64,000 nucleotides of DNA, from NCBI GenBank assembly GCA_051294375.1, contig CM119268.1, forward strand, positions 23,327,502 to 23,391,501, written 5' to 3'. A program made the translations under genes and the position numbers. The notes beneath the pieces are model-generated. The model ran no database searches, was not told the origin of the DNA, and was given only the letters and a program-made list of their open reading frames with translations. Below are positions 27,401 through 39,185 of the stretch, one piece after another; position 1 is the first letter of the stretch, and each line of letters starts with the position of its first letter. Origin of the DNA: Paraspadella gotoi (taxonomy: Eukaryota > Animalia > Chaetognatha).

Positions 27401-30400
27401 TCATCGATCGTCTTCATCATCGTCGTCATCTCATGCGTCTTCATCTTGCGTCGTCGATTCATCGTTCGTCTTTCGATACGTCGTAATCGATTCGGTAGCA
27501 GTGTCATATTCGTGCGTCTTCATGCATCGTCGTCTCATAATTCGTCGTTTCATCATCCGTCGTTCACTGCGTGTCACTGTCGCATCTTGTCGACAATCTC
27601 GTTTCATGCTTACTCGTCTTCGTTCATTCATCGTCGTTCTTCACTCTTTTCAATTCTCGTGCAGTCATCAGGACTCGCATCACCCTCGTCTTCATCATCG
27701 TCGCTCTCTCATGCTTCATTCGTCGTCATTCATCATCGTCGTCTTCATCTTCGTCGTCTTCATCTTCGTCGTCGTTATCGTCGTCGTCATCGTCTCCAGG
27801 CGTCAACCCTTTCCTCAGTTCATTCGCCTCCAGCGACACAAAAGATTTAAAATGAAGGAGAGAAACGACCGGAGGAGGAACAGATACGGTGGGGATTTTC
27901 TCTCNNNNNNNNNNNNNNNNNNNNNNNNNNNNNNNNNNNNNNNNNNNNNNNNNNNNNNNNNNNNNNNNNNNNNNNNNNNNNNNNNNNNNNNNNNNNNNNN
28001 NNNNNNNNNNNNNNNNNNNNNNNNNNNNNNNNNNNNNNNNNNNNNNNNNNNNNNNNNNNNNNNNNNNNNNNNNNNNNNNNNNNNNNNNNNNNNNNNNNNN
28101 NNNNNNNNNNNNNNNNNNNNNNNNNNNNNNNNNNNNNNNNNNNNNNNNNNNNNNNNNNNNNNNNNNNNNNNNNNNNNNNNNNNNNNCTAAAACAACAACA
28201 ACAACAACAAAAACATGTTATTTTTCAATTAGTTCTCCTTCAAAATCAATACACAAATTATGACCTAATTCTAGTAGNNNNNNNNNNNNNNNNNNNNNNN
28301 NNTTCATTCTTATCGTCGGTCGCATCCAATCATGGTCGTCGTCATCTATCAATCGTCGTCATCGATCGTGCGTCTCCATCATCATCGTGCATATCCGTAC
28401 AGTTCTCTTTCTCTCACTTTATGTGATGTTCGAACATTACATACGTCGTTGCCCCCCATCAAACACCGCATCAGTGCCGTCTTAGCAGATTGCATGTTGG
28501 GTGATCCCATCTTCCGCGCTGCCCGTCGTCATCATCGTCGGTCCATCGTCGTTGCCCTTGTTTTTCTCTTCATCTTTCCAGGCATCGTCGGGGTTCTTTT
28601 CATTCCTCTTTTTCCGTCGGTCCCCATCCCCAACCCAATCGCGTCCGTGCTTTTCATCTTCGTCGTCTATCATGCGTCGTCTTCATCTTCGTCGATCTTC
28701 CATGCTTCGTTGTCGTCCATCAATACCCATCGTCGTCATCACAATTCGTCGTTCATCTTCGTCGATCACTATGCGTCGTTCTGTCATTCTTCGTCGTCAT
28801 CTCGTTCAGTCTTTCCAATTCTTCGTCGTTCTCATTCTCCGTCAGTGCCATCATCGTCGTCATTCATCCTTTCGGTTCGTGCTTCATCGCTATGCGTCGT
28901 CATCATTCGTCGTATTTCTATCTTGCGTCGTTCGTTTCTCTTGCGTCGTCATCTAATGCGTCGCGTTCTTGTCATCTTTCGTGTCTCTTGCTGGCTATCG
29001 TCGTCATTCATTGCGATGCGTCGGTCAGTCCTTTGCGTCGCGTGCTTCATATCTGTTCGGTCGTGATGCATAACGTCGTCATTCATTTCTAGTCGTCTTC
29101 ATTCTTCGTCGTCATGGCATCGTCGCATTGCATCTTCGGTCGTTCTTTATGTGGTCATTACATCCGGTCGTCGTGCAATCTTCAGTTCGTCGTATACTCG
29201 TATCATTCGTCGTGCTTTCATCATCGTCGTCATCATCAGCGTCTTCTATCGCTCATCATCGTCTCATGCTATGCGTCGGTGCTTCATCTTGCGTCGTCAT
29301 CATCGTCGTCTTCATCATCGTCGTCATCATCGCGTCGTTCATTCATGCGTTCGTTTCGTCTTCTATGCTTCGTCGTTCTTGCATCTTCCGGTCGTCATCA
29401 ACGGTCGTATTCATGCTTGCGTCGTCTTCATCTTCTTCGTCAGTCATGTCACGCAATCCATCGTCGTATCTACTATCTTCGTCGTCTTCATCTTCGTTCA
29501 TATCGTATAATCGCTTCTGTGCTATTCTCGTCAGTGCATTCATCTGTCGTCTCATGCTATCGTCTGTCTTTCATACGTCTTCTCCTTTCGTCATCGTTCA
29601 TCTTCGTCTCTCACTCTCTCATCATGTGTTCTGTCTCTGATCCGCGTCTATCGTCGTATCATTTGTTGATTTTCTCTCATCGTGGTACTTATCTCGTGTC
29701 ATTCATGCTTCGGTCCAGTCAGGCAATCATCGTGTCTTCATCTTCGTCGTCTTCATCGGTCTTATCGTCGTCCATCATACGTCTCTTCGTCTTCTCAATC
29801 TCGTCTGATCAATCAATTGTCGCGTTCATTCGTCCATCATCGTCGTTCTCTTCGTCGCTGTCATCTTGTCCTTCATCATCGTCGTCATCATCGTCGTCTT
29901 CATCGTCGTCGTCATCCATTCGTCGTCCTTCATCTCGTCGTCATCATCGTCGTCTTCATCTTCGTCTTCATCGTCGTATCGGTCTTCATCTTCGTCGTCC
30001 AAATCATCGTCCGTCTTCATCTTCGTCTTCATCGATCGTCGTCTTCATCTTCGTCGTCTTCATCTTCCCAGTCGAGTGCATCATCGTCGTCTTCATCTTC
30101 GTCGTTCATGCGTTCATCGTCTTTCCATCATCGTCGTCGGTCATCATCGTCGTCATTCTGTCGTCTTCATCGTCGTCTCATCGTCGTCTTATCATCGTCG
30201 TCTTCATATCTTCGGCATGCGTCGAATCATCGTCGTCTTCATCATTTCGTCTTCATCGTCTCGTCGTCCTTCAATCTTCTCGTCCATCATCGTCGTCCTT
30301 CCATCTTCGTTCTTCATCATCGTCTGTCTCTCTTCGCTTTCGTCTCGTCTTTCATCTTCTCGTCGTCCATCATCGTCGTACTTTCATCACTTCGTCGTCG

Positions 30401-31718
30401 TCTCATCGTCGTCTTCATCGCTTCGTCCGTCATCATCTATGTCCTTCATCTCGTCGTCTTCAATCCTTCGTCGTCATCAATCGTCGTCTTCATCTTCGTC
30501 GTCCTCCAGTCTTCATCTTGCGTCGTCATCATCGTCGTATTATCTTCGTCGTCTTCATCTTATCGTTCGTCATCATCGTCTTCTTCAATCATGTCTTCAA
30601 TCATCGTCGTCATCTTCATCGTCTTCATCTTCGTCGTCATCATCGTTTCGTCCTTCATCATCTCGTCTTCTTCATCTCGTCCTTCATCATCGTCGTCATC
30701 TTCGTGCGCTATTCATCTTCGTCGTCCATCATCGTCCGTCTTTCATCATCGTTCGTCATCATCGTCGTCTTCAATCTTCGTCGTCATCATCGTCGTCTTC
30801 ATCTTCCGTCGTCATCAAATCGTCGTTCATTTCAATCGTTTCGTCTTCATCCGTCGTCTCTCGTCTCTCAAATCTTCGTCTCGTCATCATCGTCGTCTTC
30901 ATCTTCGTCTTTTTCATCATCTCGGTCGTCTTCATCTTCGTCGTCGTTTCGATCTTCGTCGTCATCATCGTCGTCTTGCAATCTTCGTCGTTCATCAATC
31001 GTCGTCTTCAATCTTTCGTCGTCATCTATCGTCGTCTTGCATCATTCGTCGTCCATCATCGTCGTCTTCATCTTTCGTCGTCATCATCGTCGTCCTTCAT
31101 CTTCGTCGTCATCATCGTCGTACTTCATCTTCGTCGTCATCAATCGTCTCTTCATCATCGTCCGTCATCTCGTCGTTCTTTCATCTTTCGTCGTCATCAT
31201 CGTCGTCTTCATCGTCGTCTTCATCATGGTCCTCTTCTGTCATCATCCGTCGTCCATCATCGTCGGTCGTTCATCTTCGTCCGTCATCATCGTCTCTCCG
31301 TCGTCTCATCTTCGGTCGTCATCATCGATGCGTCGTCTTCATCTTCGGTTCGTCATCATCGTCGTCTTCCCCATCTTGTCGTCATCAATCGTCGTCCTTT
31401 CTCTCTCCGTCTCTTCATCACGTCGTCTTCATCATGTCGTCATCATCGCGTCTTTATCTTCGTCGTCCATCATCGGTCGTCTTGATCATCGTCGTCGTCA
31501 TCATCCGTCTCTCTTCGTCGTTATCTTCGTCTTCATCTTCGTCGTCTATCATCGTCGTCATCTTCGTGCGTCTTCATCTTCGTCGTCTTCATCTTCGTCG
31601 TCATCATCGTCGTCTTCATCTTCCGTCTTCATCTTCCGTAGCATATCGTTGCGTGCATCATTCGTCGTCTTCATCTTCGTCGTCTTCATATCCTGTCGTC
31701 TATGTCGTCGTCATCGTC
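15470..31718. repeat. Very long CAT/CGT/CTT compound trinucleotide array (15- and 27-bp higher-order units), error-rich and probably represented more than once
   Basis: Recurrent units CTTCATCTTCGTCGT and CATCATCGTCGTCTTCATCTTCGTCGT. Interrupted by 25-N gaps at 22579 and 28278. The unique right flank occurs twice (~27790-28277 and ~31715-32060). Confidence 0.93.
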
Positions 31719-32416
31719 TCCAAGGCGTCCAACCCTTTCCAGTTTATTCGCCTCCAGCGACACAAAAGATTTAAAATGAAGGAGAGAAACGACCGGAGGG
31801 AAGGAACAGATACGGTGGGATTCTTCTCTCTCTCTCTCTTTTTCCCTCTCTCTCTTTTAATCTCTCTCTCTCTCTCTCTCTCTTTCACAACACACACACA
31901 AAGAGACAACATTGTAAACAAACAGTAAAATATGTAGTTCTCAAAAGAGTTAACAACAACAACAACAACTAAAACACAACAACAACAACAAAAAATGTTT
32001 TTTCAATTAGTTCTTTCTTCTTCAAAATCAATACACAAATTATGACCCCTAATTCTAATAGGAAATAAAAAGACAAAAAACCAATAGATTTTTATTTTGT
32101 TTTCTCGCGAATCGATTTCTTACTTTTCTCTCTTTTTTTCGTTCGCCTAAAAAATAATTAAAACAAATATGACGCTGAACTCGGAGGTTTTTTATTTCAA
32201 CTTTTTTTTCTCTTTTGCGTCGAAAATCAAATCAGTGGAGCGAAACCAAATCCTCATTTCTGAGAAAAGTCGCTTTACTACGAATTTACTACGAAATAAA
32301 GGCATAGAGGGCTAATTGGTTCATTCTTTTTTTTTATGCAATGGCTACTAAATTACTAATTATAAGGAAAATAAAAGTAGATATTTAATCTCAAAAGTTT
32401 TGGGAAGAGCAAAGTT

Positions 32417-32688
32417 TGTAGTCGGGCATTGCATAAGTTGACCCCGCCTATAAGCATGACACCTACAGTTGTGACTCATTGAGTAAAGCCATCAGCTCAT
32501 GACCACTAGGTACCGGGTTCAATCCCATCCCGCTACCGACCCTGCGGGAAACGTGAGCACGTCCGTAAGCCGCCTTGGGGGCGTGGAAAATCCTCAGGCC
32601 TGGTTCCGAGCCCAGGCCCCTTTTCATGGCTGCTAGAGGGAGTTAAAGAAGTTGCGGATAGTACTCTTCACTGAGCGCCTTATCCACA
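32417..32688 (+). mobile_element. Solo-LTR-like element family 1 with internal tRNA-like A/B-box module (Helenus-type TRIM LTR)
   Basis: Termini TGTAG...CCACA; 4-bp TSD AGTT (32413-32416 and 32689-32692); internal GACTCATTGAGTAAAGCCATCAGCTCATGACCACTAGGTACCGGGTTCAATCCC; independent inverted copy at 37217-37500. Confidence 0.8.
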
Positions 32689-33171
32689 AGTTCTTTATCG
32701 TAATTTTCGTACAGTTATTCAATCCATCAATCTAGAAGTAAAATAAATAAATAAATAGATAATATAGTCAATGAAATTCTTTATTTAATTATTCCAGGGA
32801 TTCTACTCGGTCTAACAGAAGCGAATCTCACCTCCAATTCTCAAACGTTCAACCTATGATCCTTAGTCAATTTACGCCTCGTTTAAAAACTGCGGGAGCG
32901 ACCGCACCCACAAAGCCGCCGGGCAAAGCGCCTCGCTCGTTCAGCTTGATAGGATCGGATGACCCAGTTTGTGGACCCGGGTCGAGCTGGCAAGTTCTTC
33001 TGACCGAACGAACGAAGCGTGGACCGACTGCGAGCAAGATTTCGTGGGCCTGATTCCGCCGGGAGTCAGGCGACCATTCGCCTGTTTCGCCATCGAAATA
33101 ACTTTGACGCCAAGATGGAGTCGTCGCGATGGGTCATTTGAGAATTGTAGCAGCGAGAGGGGAAAGTGCTT

Positions 33172-33305
33172 GGTGTGAGCGGAATTGTTGGCCTGATTGG
33201 TGTAATTGTGAGCGGAATTGTTGGTCTGATTGATGTGAATTGAGTGCGAAATTGTTGCCTGATTGTGTGTGAATTGTGAGCGGAATTTTGTCTGATTGGT
33301 GTATA
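33172..33305. repeat. ~34-bp tandem repeat x4 after a GC-rich tract
   Basis: Unit GAATTGTGAGCGGAATTGTTGG(T/C)CTGATTGGTGT; also present in the duplicate block at ~44647-44787. Confidence 0.85.
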
Positions 33306-33329
33306 ATATTTTCTTTTTCTTCTTTCAAT

Positions 33330-34610
33330 TTCATAAAGCTTCGCCTGGTCTGGTCTATATGTTTAGGATTGCTTCTTTGTGACGTAGTCGTTCGTCGTCG
33401 TCAGTTCGGTCCGTCACAGCTGTTTTCATTATATAAAATCTAACACGTTTTATAGGTTTGGCTGTGATTACGGTTTTTTTTAAATAAAATTATTATGAAA
33501 TATAATAAAGTTTTTACAAAAGATGTGCGATACATATAGTTAAAAATTTAGATATGCTTTTCTCTTGAATAGCTGTGATATTTTATATTACCCATTTGGA
33601 TTTAAGTATTTTTTGTTATGATTCCACTTCATTATGATTTATGCATATGCAAATGAGATTAAAGATCATTATAATTCCAAATTAGTATGTTAGAAATGCT
33701 TTAATCTAATTTAAATTGCAGATTATAATATTGAAGATGAATTCAAAAATTTGTTTTTAAATTTTAATAAAATGGGAACTCAAAGGATTTTTTATATGAG
33801 AAGCTATATCTTAATTTAATACAATATATTAAATCTTATTACAAAGCTGCTGATTGGAAAAAATTGGGAAAAATTTCCAAATTGTAAACAATTGTAACAT
33901 ATTTTTGCCTGATTCTTTTATTTCTTTAAATTATATATGAGGCTCGGCCCTATTACTGTGTTCCGGTCATATTCTAAGGTCATTTGCCCAAAGCTTAGCG
34001 GCAAAATGACGTGTTGATAGACCGGCACGGAGAAGAGGAGAAGACCGTAGGTTTAAGTCGCCTCAATATATATATTTGCTCTCTTTATCGTCTCTCTCTC
34101 TCTCTGTACAATCTCATGCTCTGATCGTTCGTTTTGTAGAAAAATTAGATTATATTCTTTCTTCTTAAAACTTTTATTATTGCCATTTATTCCGCGCTTT
34201 TCACAATACAAAATCCAAATTTCCATCCGGATTCTCCTGGTTTTTTTGGAATTAAAATGGTTAAGAATATCTTTCACTTGACCTGCATTTCAACCAACTT
34301 ATGTCGAGGAACATGACCTATAACGTTATTGATGCAACGGAACGTTACGTTATAAAAAAATCCAACATTGACCGCAGATCCGTTCGCCGTTGGTAGGAAC
34401 GGATACGATATAACGAGGAGTGACATATATTGGTATCGTATGGCCGGGAACTTTCTGTCTCTCCTTCTCTCTTTGCTCTTCTCTTCCTTCTCTCTTCTCT
34501 CTCGTCCTCTACTCTCGCCTCTCTGCTCTCTCTCTCTCCTCGTCTCTTTTTACAAAAAATTTTTTTAGTCACTTTTTCACCACGACGAGCAAACGATTAT
34601 AACGAGTTCC

Positions 34611-34656
<46 letters not shown>

Positions 34657-34660
34657 ATCT

Positions 34661-34706
<46 letters not shown>

Positions 34707-36023
34707 CTCTTTTTTTTTATTTTTTGTCTCTTTTTTTCACCACCGTCACTCGCGACGAGTAAACGAGTTCACGCAACTTGCTGGCGTCAGTCAGCTTCTT
34801 TCTCTCTCTCTCTCTCTCTCGTCTCTTTCTCTTCTTCTCTCTTCTTTCTCTCTCTGTACGGATCTCTTGCGTGATCGTTCGGTTTTTTGAAAAAAAATCG
34901 GATTATTAATTATTTTACATCCCCGAGATTTTGTGTTTCACATTTTAGTAAGTAAAAAATAACTTAAGAAGACATGCAAGTACCATGTTGCATTCAACTA
35001 ATTGACAGGTTAGGCGAAACTTGTACTGTATGTATGTATCATTTCTAAAAAAAATAATTTTTTTGTGTTTTCTATTTATTACCTGTTAACTGACGGTCCC
35101 CGGCCCACTTAGCCAATCTATATCTAAAATAGGAGAGTCGAGAAGAGAGAAGTAATAGCAAATTAACACTTATTTCTTGTTATTTGATATTTGTACATTA
35201 TTAAATGTATAATATTTTTAGTGTATAATATTAAATCATTTTATCTTTTTTTTAAAATAAATTTATTTGAGTTTTTGATTAACGTATTTATAAATAATAA
35301 ATTATGCAAATATAAAAATTGACCTCGGTCATGGTGTCTTCCTAAAAAAAGAACAATCAAAAATTTATTCAAGATTAAATTATTTAAAATGAGAAAATAT
35401 TTTTTGTTGTAAGTAAAAAAAAATATTTGCGAAATCAAACAATAAATCATATTCGTTAACTGAGTATTGTCAACTATTATATTTTGTAATGAGGGATGAT
35501 ATAATTTTATTTTATCACAGTTCTAAATATTTGATGTTTGCGGGTCTCTCTCTGTCTCTCTCTCATCTCCGTCATCTCTTCTGTCTCTCTGTGTTTGTGT
35601 CTCTCTCTTATGTCTCTCTCTGTCCTCTCTGTGTGTCTGTCTCTCTTTGTACTGATCTTTGCACGTGATCGTTAACGTTATTTTTAAAAATTCTGGATTA
35701 TTTTTTTTCTTCTAAAAACTCTTTATTATCGCATTTATTATTTTATCTCAATACAAATATCCAAAATACCAATAACTTACATTGACCTAGATGTTCGTGT
35801 CGTTGCGGATGGCAACGAAGTAAACAATGTCGAAGGACAATGAACCTAATAACGCTGTTACGTTGTATAAAATAAAAATCAACATGACCCAATTTCACGA
35901 GCGCCGTTGCGAGGCAACGGATATCCAGATATAAACGAGAGTGACCTAAATAATGCCCGTCTCAGTTGTGGGAAAAGACTCTCTCTCTCTCTCTCTTTCA
36001 TCACTCTCTCTCTCTTTCTCTTT

Positions 36024-36059
<36 letters not shown>

Positions 36060-37150
36060 TTCTATCTTCCTTTTTTTTTTTACAAAAAAAATTCTTATTA
36101 AGTTTTTTTTATTGCTTTTTCTTTTTTGAATCATCAGGGCGCGAACCCCGAGTCCTATTGGATTTGGCGAGGGCCTCGCGGCTACCTCGAAGGCTTCCCG
36201 GACGGTTCAGATTCTCTCTTTCTTATTAATATATGTTGGCTCCTTCTCTCTCTCTCTTTTCTCCGTCGCTGTTGCTTCTGATTTGATTTGTGACGTCGTC
36301 GTTCGTCGTTGATTTGTCGTCGGCATCACATTTTATATCTTGCCAACTTGCTAACTTTTTATACATCATATTTTTTAACTTGACATATTTTTTAACTTTT
36401 GCATCAATTTTTTAAAACTGCATATACTTTTTTAACTTGCATAATTTTTTAACTTGCATAATCTTCTATAAACTTGCCGATAATTTATTTACAACTCTGC
36501 ATAATTTTTTTTCAACTCGCATTATTTTTTTCAATATTGCATAATTTTTTGCAACTTGCATCTTTTTTTAACTTGCATAATTTTTTCAACTTGTATAATT
36601 CTTTTTTCAACTATGGCATAATATTTCGAACTGCATACTTTTTCAATTTGCCATAATTTTTTCAACTTGCATATTTTTTAACTTGCATAATTTTTCAACT
36701 TGCAAATTTTTTCAAACTTGCATAATTTTTTCAACTTTGCATAAATTTTTTCAACTTGCATACGATATTTCAATCTTGACATACTTTTTTCAATTTGCAT
36801 GAATTTTTTTAACTTGGCATAATCTTTTCAACTATGATAATTTTTTAACTTGCATTAATTTTTCAACTTGCATAATTTTTTAACTTGCATAATTTTTATA
36901 TATGCATAATTTGTTTTTACACTTGCACCGATTTTTTCGACTTTTAACTATCTAGTTTTTCGTTTTCAATTAGTTGAGCAGTGAGAAGTTGAACATGGTT
37001 GTCCATCTTTCTTTTTGTTCAAATCTATTCAAATATTTTTTTGTTTTGAATTTCAGATTACATTATGTATTTACGCAATATGCAAATTAGCCATATTAGT
37101 TAATTTCTATTGATAGTAAAAAATGGCGAGCATCACTATTACTTATTAAG
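33330..37150 (+). mobile_element. ~3.8-kb segment absent from the duplicate block; composite HINE/MITE-like insertion
   Basis: In the second block, sequence homologous to ~33327 joins sequence homologous to ~37150 at ~44807-44830. Ends GCTTCGCC (~33338) and GGCGAGC (~37125) are near-inverted. The ATTGCTTC..GTGACGT..(CGT)n..TCACA motif occurs twice, a TGATCGTT..GATTAT module three times, and it contains the 18-bp satellite. Confidence 0.5.
36340..36930 (-). repeat. ~18-bp satellite (ATAATTTTTTCAACTTGC; minus-strand GCAAGTTGAAAAAATTAT)
   Basis: About 30 noisy tandem copies; the reverse complement matches the arrays at 55927 and 6905. Confidence 0.9.
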
Positions 37151-37216
37151 ATTTTTTTTTCTTTTTAGTTTAGCTTAAATTAATTCATCTCTGAGCAAAA
37201 CATTTAGAATAATTTA

Positions 37217-37500
37217 TGTGGATAAGGCGCTACGTGGGCTGAAGATGACTGTCTGTAACTTCTATAACCCCTCTAGCAGCCATGGAACGGGCCCTTGGCT
37301 TGGAACCAGGCTTGAGGGTTTTGCCATGCCCCCAAGGCGGCTTACGGCCGTCCTCACGCTTCGCGCAGGTAGGTACCGGGTTGGATTGAACCCGGTACCT
37401 AGTGGTCATGAGCTGATGGCTTTACTCAATGAGCCACCGGGTCACAACTGAAAGTGTCATGATTCTAGGCGGGGTGAAACCTAGGCAATGCCCGACTACA
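37217..37500 (-). mobile_element. Solo-LTR-like element family 1, second independent insertion
   Basis: Plus strand TGTGG...CTACA; 4-bp TSD TTTA (37213-37216 and 37501-37504). Minus strand reads GACCCGGTGGCTCATTGAG (A box)...TCAGCTCATGA...GGGTTCAATCC (B box). Confidence 0.82.
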
Positions 37501-37568
37501 TTTATTCATGTTATTCTATTTGAATATTTAAAAAAAACTCAATAAAGACAACTATGACTTTGAAGCTT

Positions 37569-37821
37569 TGTTTTCGGACAGTGTGGCGGTATATTCACAC
37601 CGCCTCATGTCCGTCATCATTCAGCCAATCCCATTGGCACAGAAGGGAAACAAACCATCCCAGGCCTTGTGTTCGATCCACAGTCCTAACAACTTCCCTC
37701 TGCGTTGAAAAAGGCTAGACTGTCCTAGGGGAACCGCGCCAGTGACTGGAAGCCCCCAAGGCCAACAGTGAGATGCCCCAACCCAATGGGCATCACAGGC
37801 TACCCGGCTGTTGCCATAACA
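37569..37821 (+). mobile_element. Solo-LTR-like element family 2 with tRNA-like module
   Basis: Termini TGTT...AACA; flanks GCTT/GTTT (3 of 4 match); T-arm-like TGTG-TTCGATC-CACA containing B box GTTCGATCC, upstream CAGCCAATCCCATTGG, and several long hairpins. Confidence 0.6.
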
Positions 37822-39152
37822 GTTTGATTAAATAAGTTTAATTAAAACAAGAACAGTCCTTCCAATGTGTTGCGCCGTAGTGACTTTCTTAGCTTTCTTA
37901 GCCAATGTTTATGATTTTAGGTTAATAGTTTCAGGATTTCCTGAAGACGGCGGTCCCAGTCCCTTCGATTTGAGGGATTTTCCAGTCTTAACAAATGAGA
38001 AATAAACTATCTCGGCAAATTATTAGTGTGTGTAATTGAAAAAAAGAAAAAGTAAAATAAAAACAAAACTTATACTAATGCAAAGAAACAAATGAATAAA
38101 AAATTAGAAAAGAAAAAAAAGATTTTAAGCGAGAAAGAAAAGAAAAAAAAAACAACAAAGAAAAAAGATTTTTTTTGGGTTGAATTTGTAGACTCACTTT
38201 TATTCTAATGAGTTTGAGATGTTCTTCTGTTTGAGATGTTCTTCTGTTTGTCGACTTCCCTCTTTTTGTTTGTTCTTCGTTTCTCCACCTACCGAACGAA
38301 AAAAAAAGATCTTTTGTTTCCCCTCACGTTCTTTCATCGCTAGATGTCATCTTGAATGCTCGCGCGGTTTTTTTTTTTGGGTTCAAATGAGAGACGCCGT
38401 TTATTCATTCAAGACGCGAAATTCGGTGAGAAAAGAATCCTGCGTAATTGTGCTTGCTTGCTTGCTTGCTTGCTCGCTCGGAAAAAGGGCCTCTGAATTT
38501 TCTACAACTGATATTTGAACTGATTTTTAAAAGATAGCTTCCACTCTTGGTCTAGTTTGAATGGAACGAACCAATAATGAAATTGGTATTCCGAATAAAT
38601 ATCAGCTTCTTCCTCTTACTTCCTTCCTCCTCAATCTCTTTAACCTCTTCCTCCTCTCATCCTCCTCTTGTCCCATCATGATCCTGTCTGCCTTCTCCTA
38701 CCCTTCCTCCTGACTCCTGCCTCATCTTACCTCCTCATCTTACTCCCTTCATGCTCACCCGATCTTTTCTCCCTTCCTCAATCATCTTCTCTTCTCTTCC
38801 TCAATCTCCTCACCATCCTTCCTCCTCCTCATCATCTTCTTCCTCTTCCTTCATCCTCACATCTCTCTTCCTCTTTCCTCATCATCTTCTTCCTCATCAT
38901 CTCCTTCTTCCTCATCTCCCTCTCTCCTCTCTCCTTCCTCCTCCTCCTCTCTCCCCGCGGATTCAGGGTCGAGCCAAGGGTTTAGTTCTTCACTCACGCT
39001 TTCTCTCTCTTTCCCTCTCCCGTCTTTCCTGTTCAGTCTTTTTTATCCTTTTTTTCACCATTTTCCTTACAATATACATTTCCCATTTCCCACCATTTTT
39101 TTCTCCCTTACTTACTTATAGACCCAGTTAGACCTACTCGACCTTAGTTAAG

Positions 39153-39185
39153 TGGCCCACATGTGGGGCTCGAACCCACGACCCC
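39153..39185 (-). pseudogene. tRNA-Lys(CUU) 3' fragment, noisy copy
   Basis: TGGCCCACATGTGGGGCTCGAACCCACGACCC between direct repeats. Confidence 0.7.

Noticed and set aside
330-31928. Long ORFs (up to 886 aa) rich in S, R/H, I/V/F or containing X runs
   Set aside because: Stop-free translations of microsatellites and N gaps in all three plus frames; no domain signal.
33204-33283. AATTGTGAGCGGA matches the left part of the lac operator
   Set aside because: Continues ATTGTT rather than TAACAATT, lies in a diverged native tandem repeat, and no other vector sequence is nearby.
37400-37465. CTGATGG...GAAAGTGTC hammerhead-like motif in family 1
   Set aside because: The core is CTGATGG not CTGANGA, GAAA is missing in the other copy, and the pairing relies on a palindromic TCATGA.
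32417-37500. Family 1 copies as terminal inverted repeats of one 5-kb DNA transposon
   Set aside because: Each copy has its own 4-bp TSD and they are diverged, indicating separate insertions.
37545-37630. Hammerhead-like core on the minus strand (TGATGA.GGACA...TGTCC-GAAA)
   Set aside because: C3 is absent in both copies, no stem I or III can be formed, and the GAAA falls at the element's terminus with host sequence beyond it.
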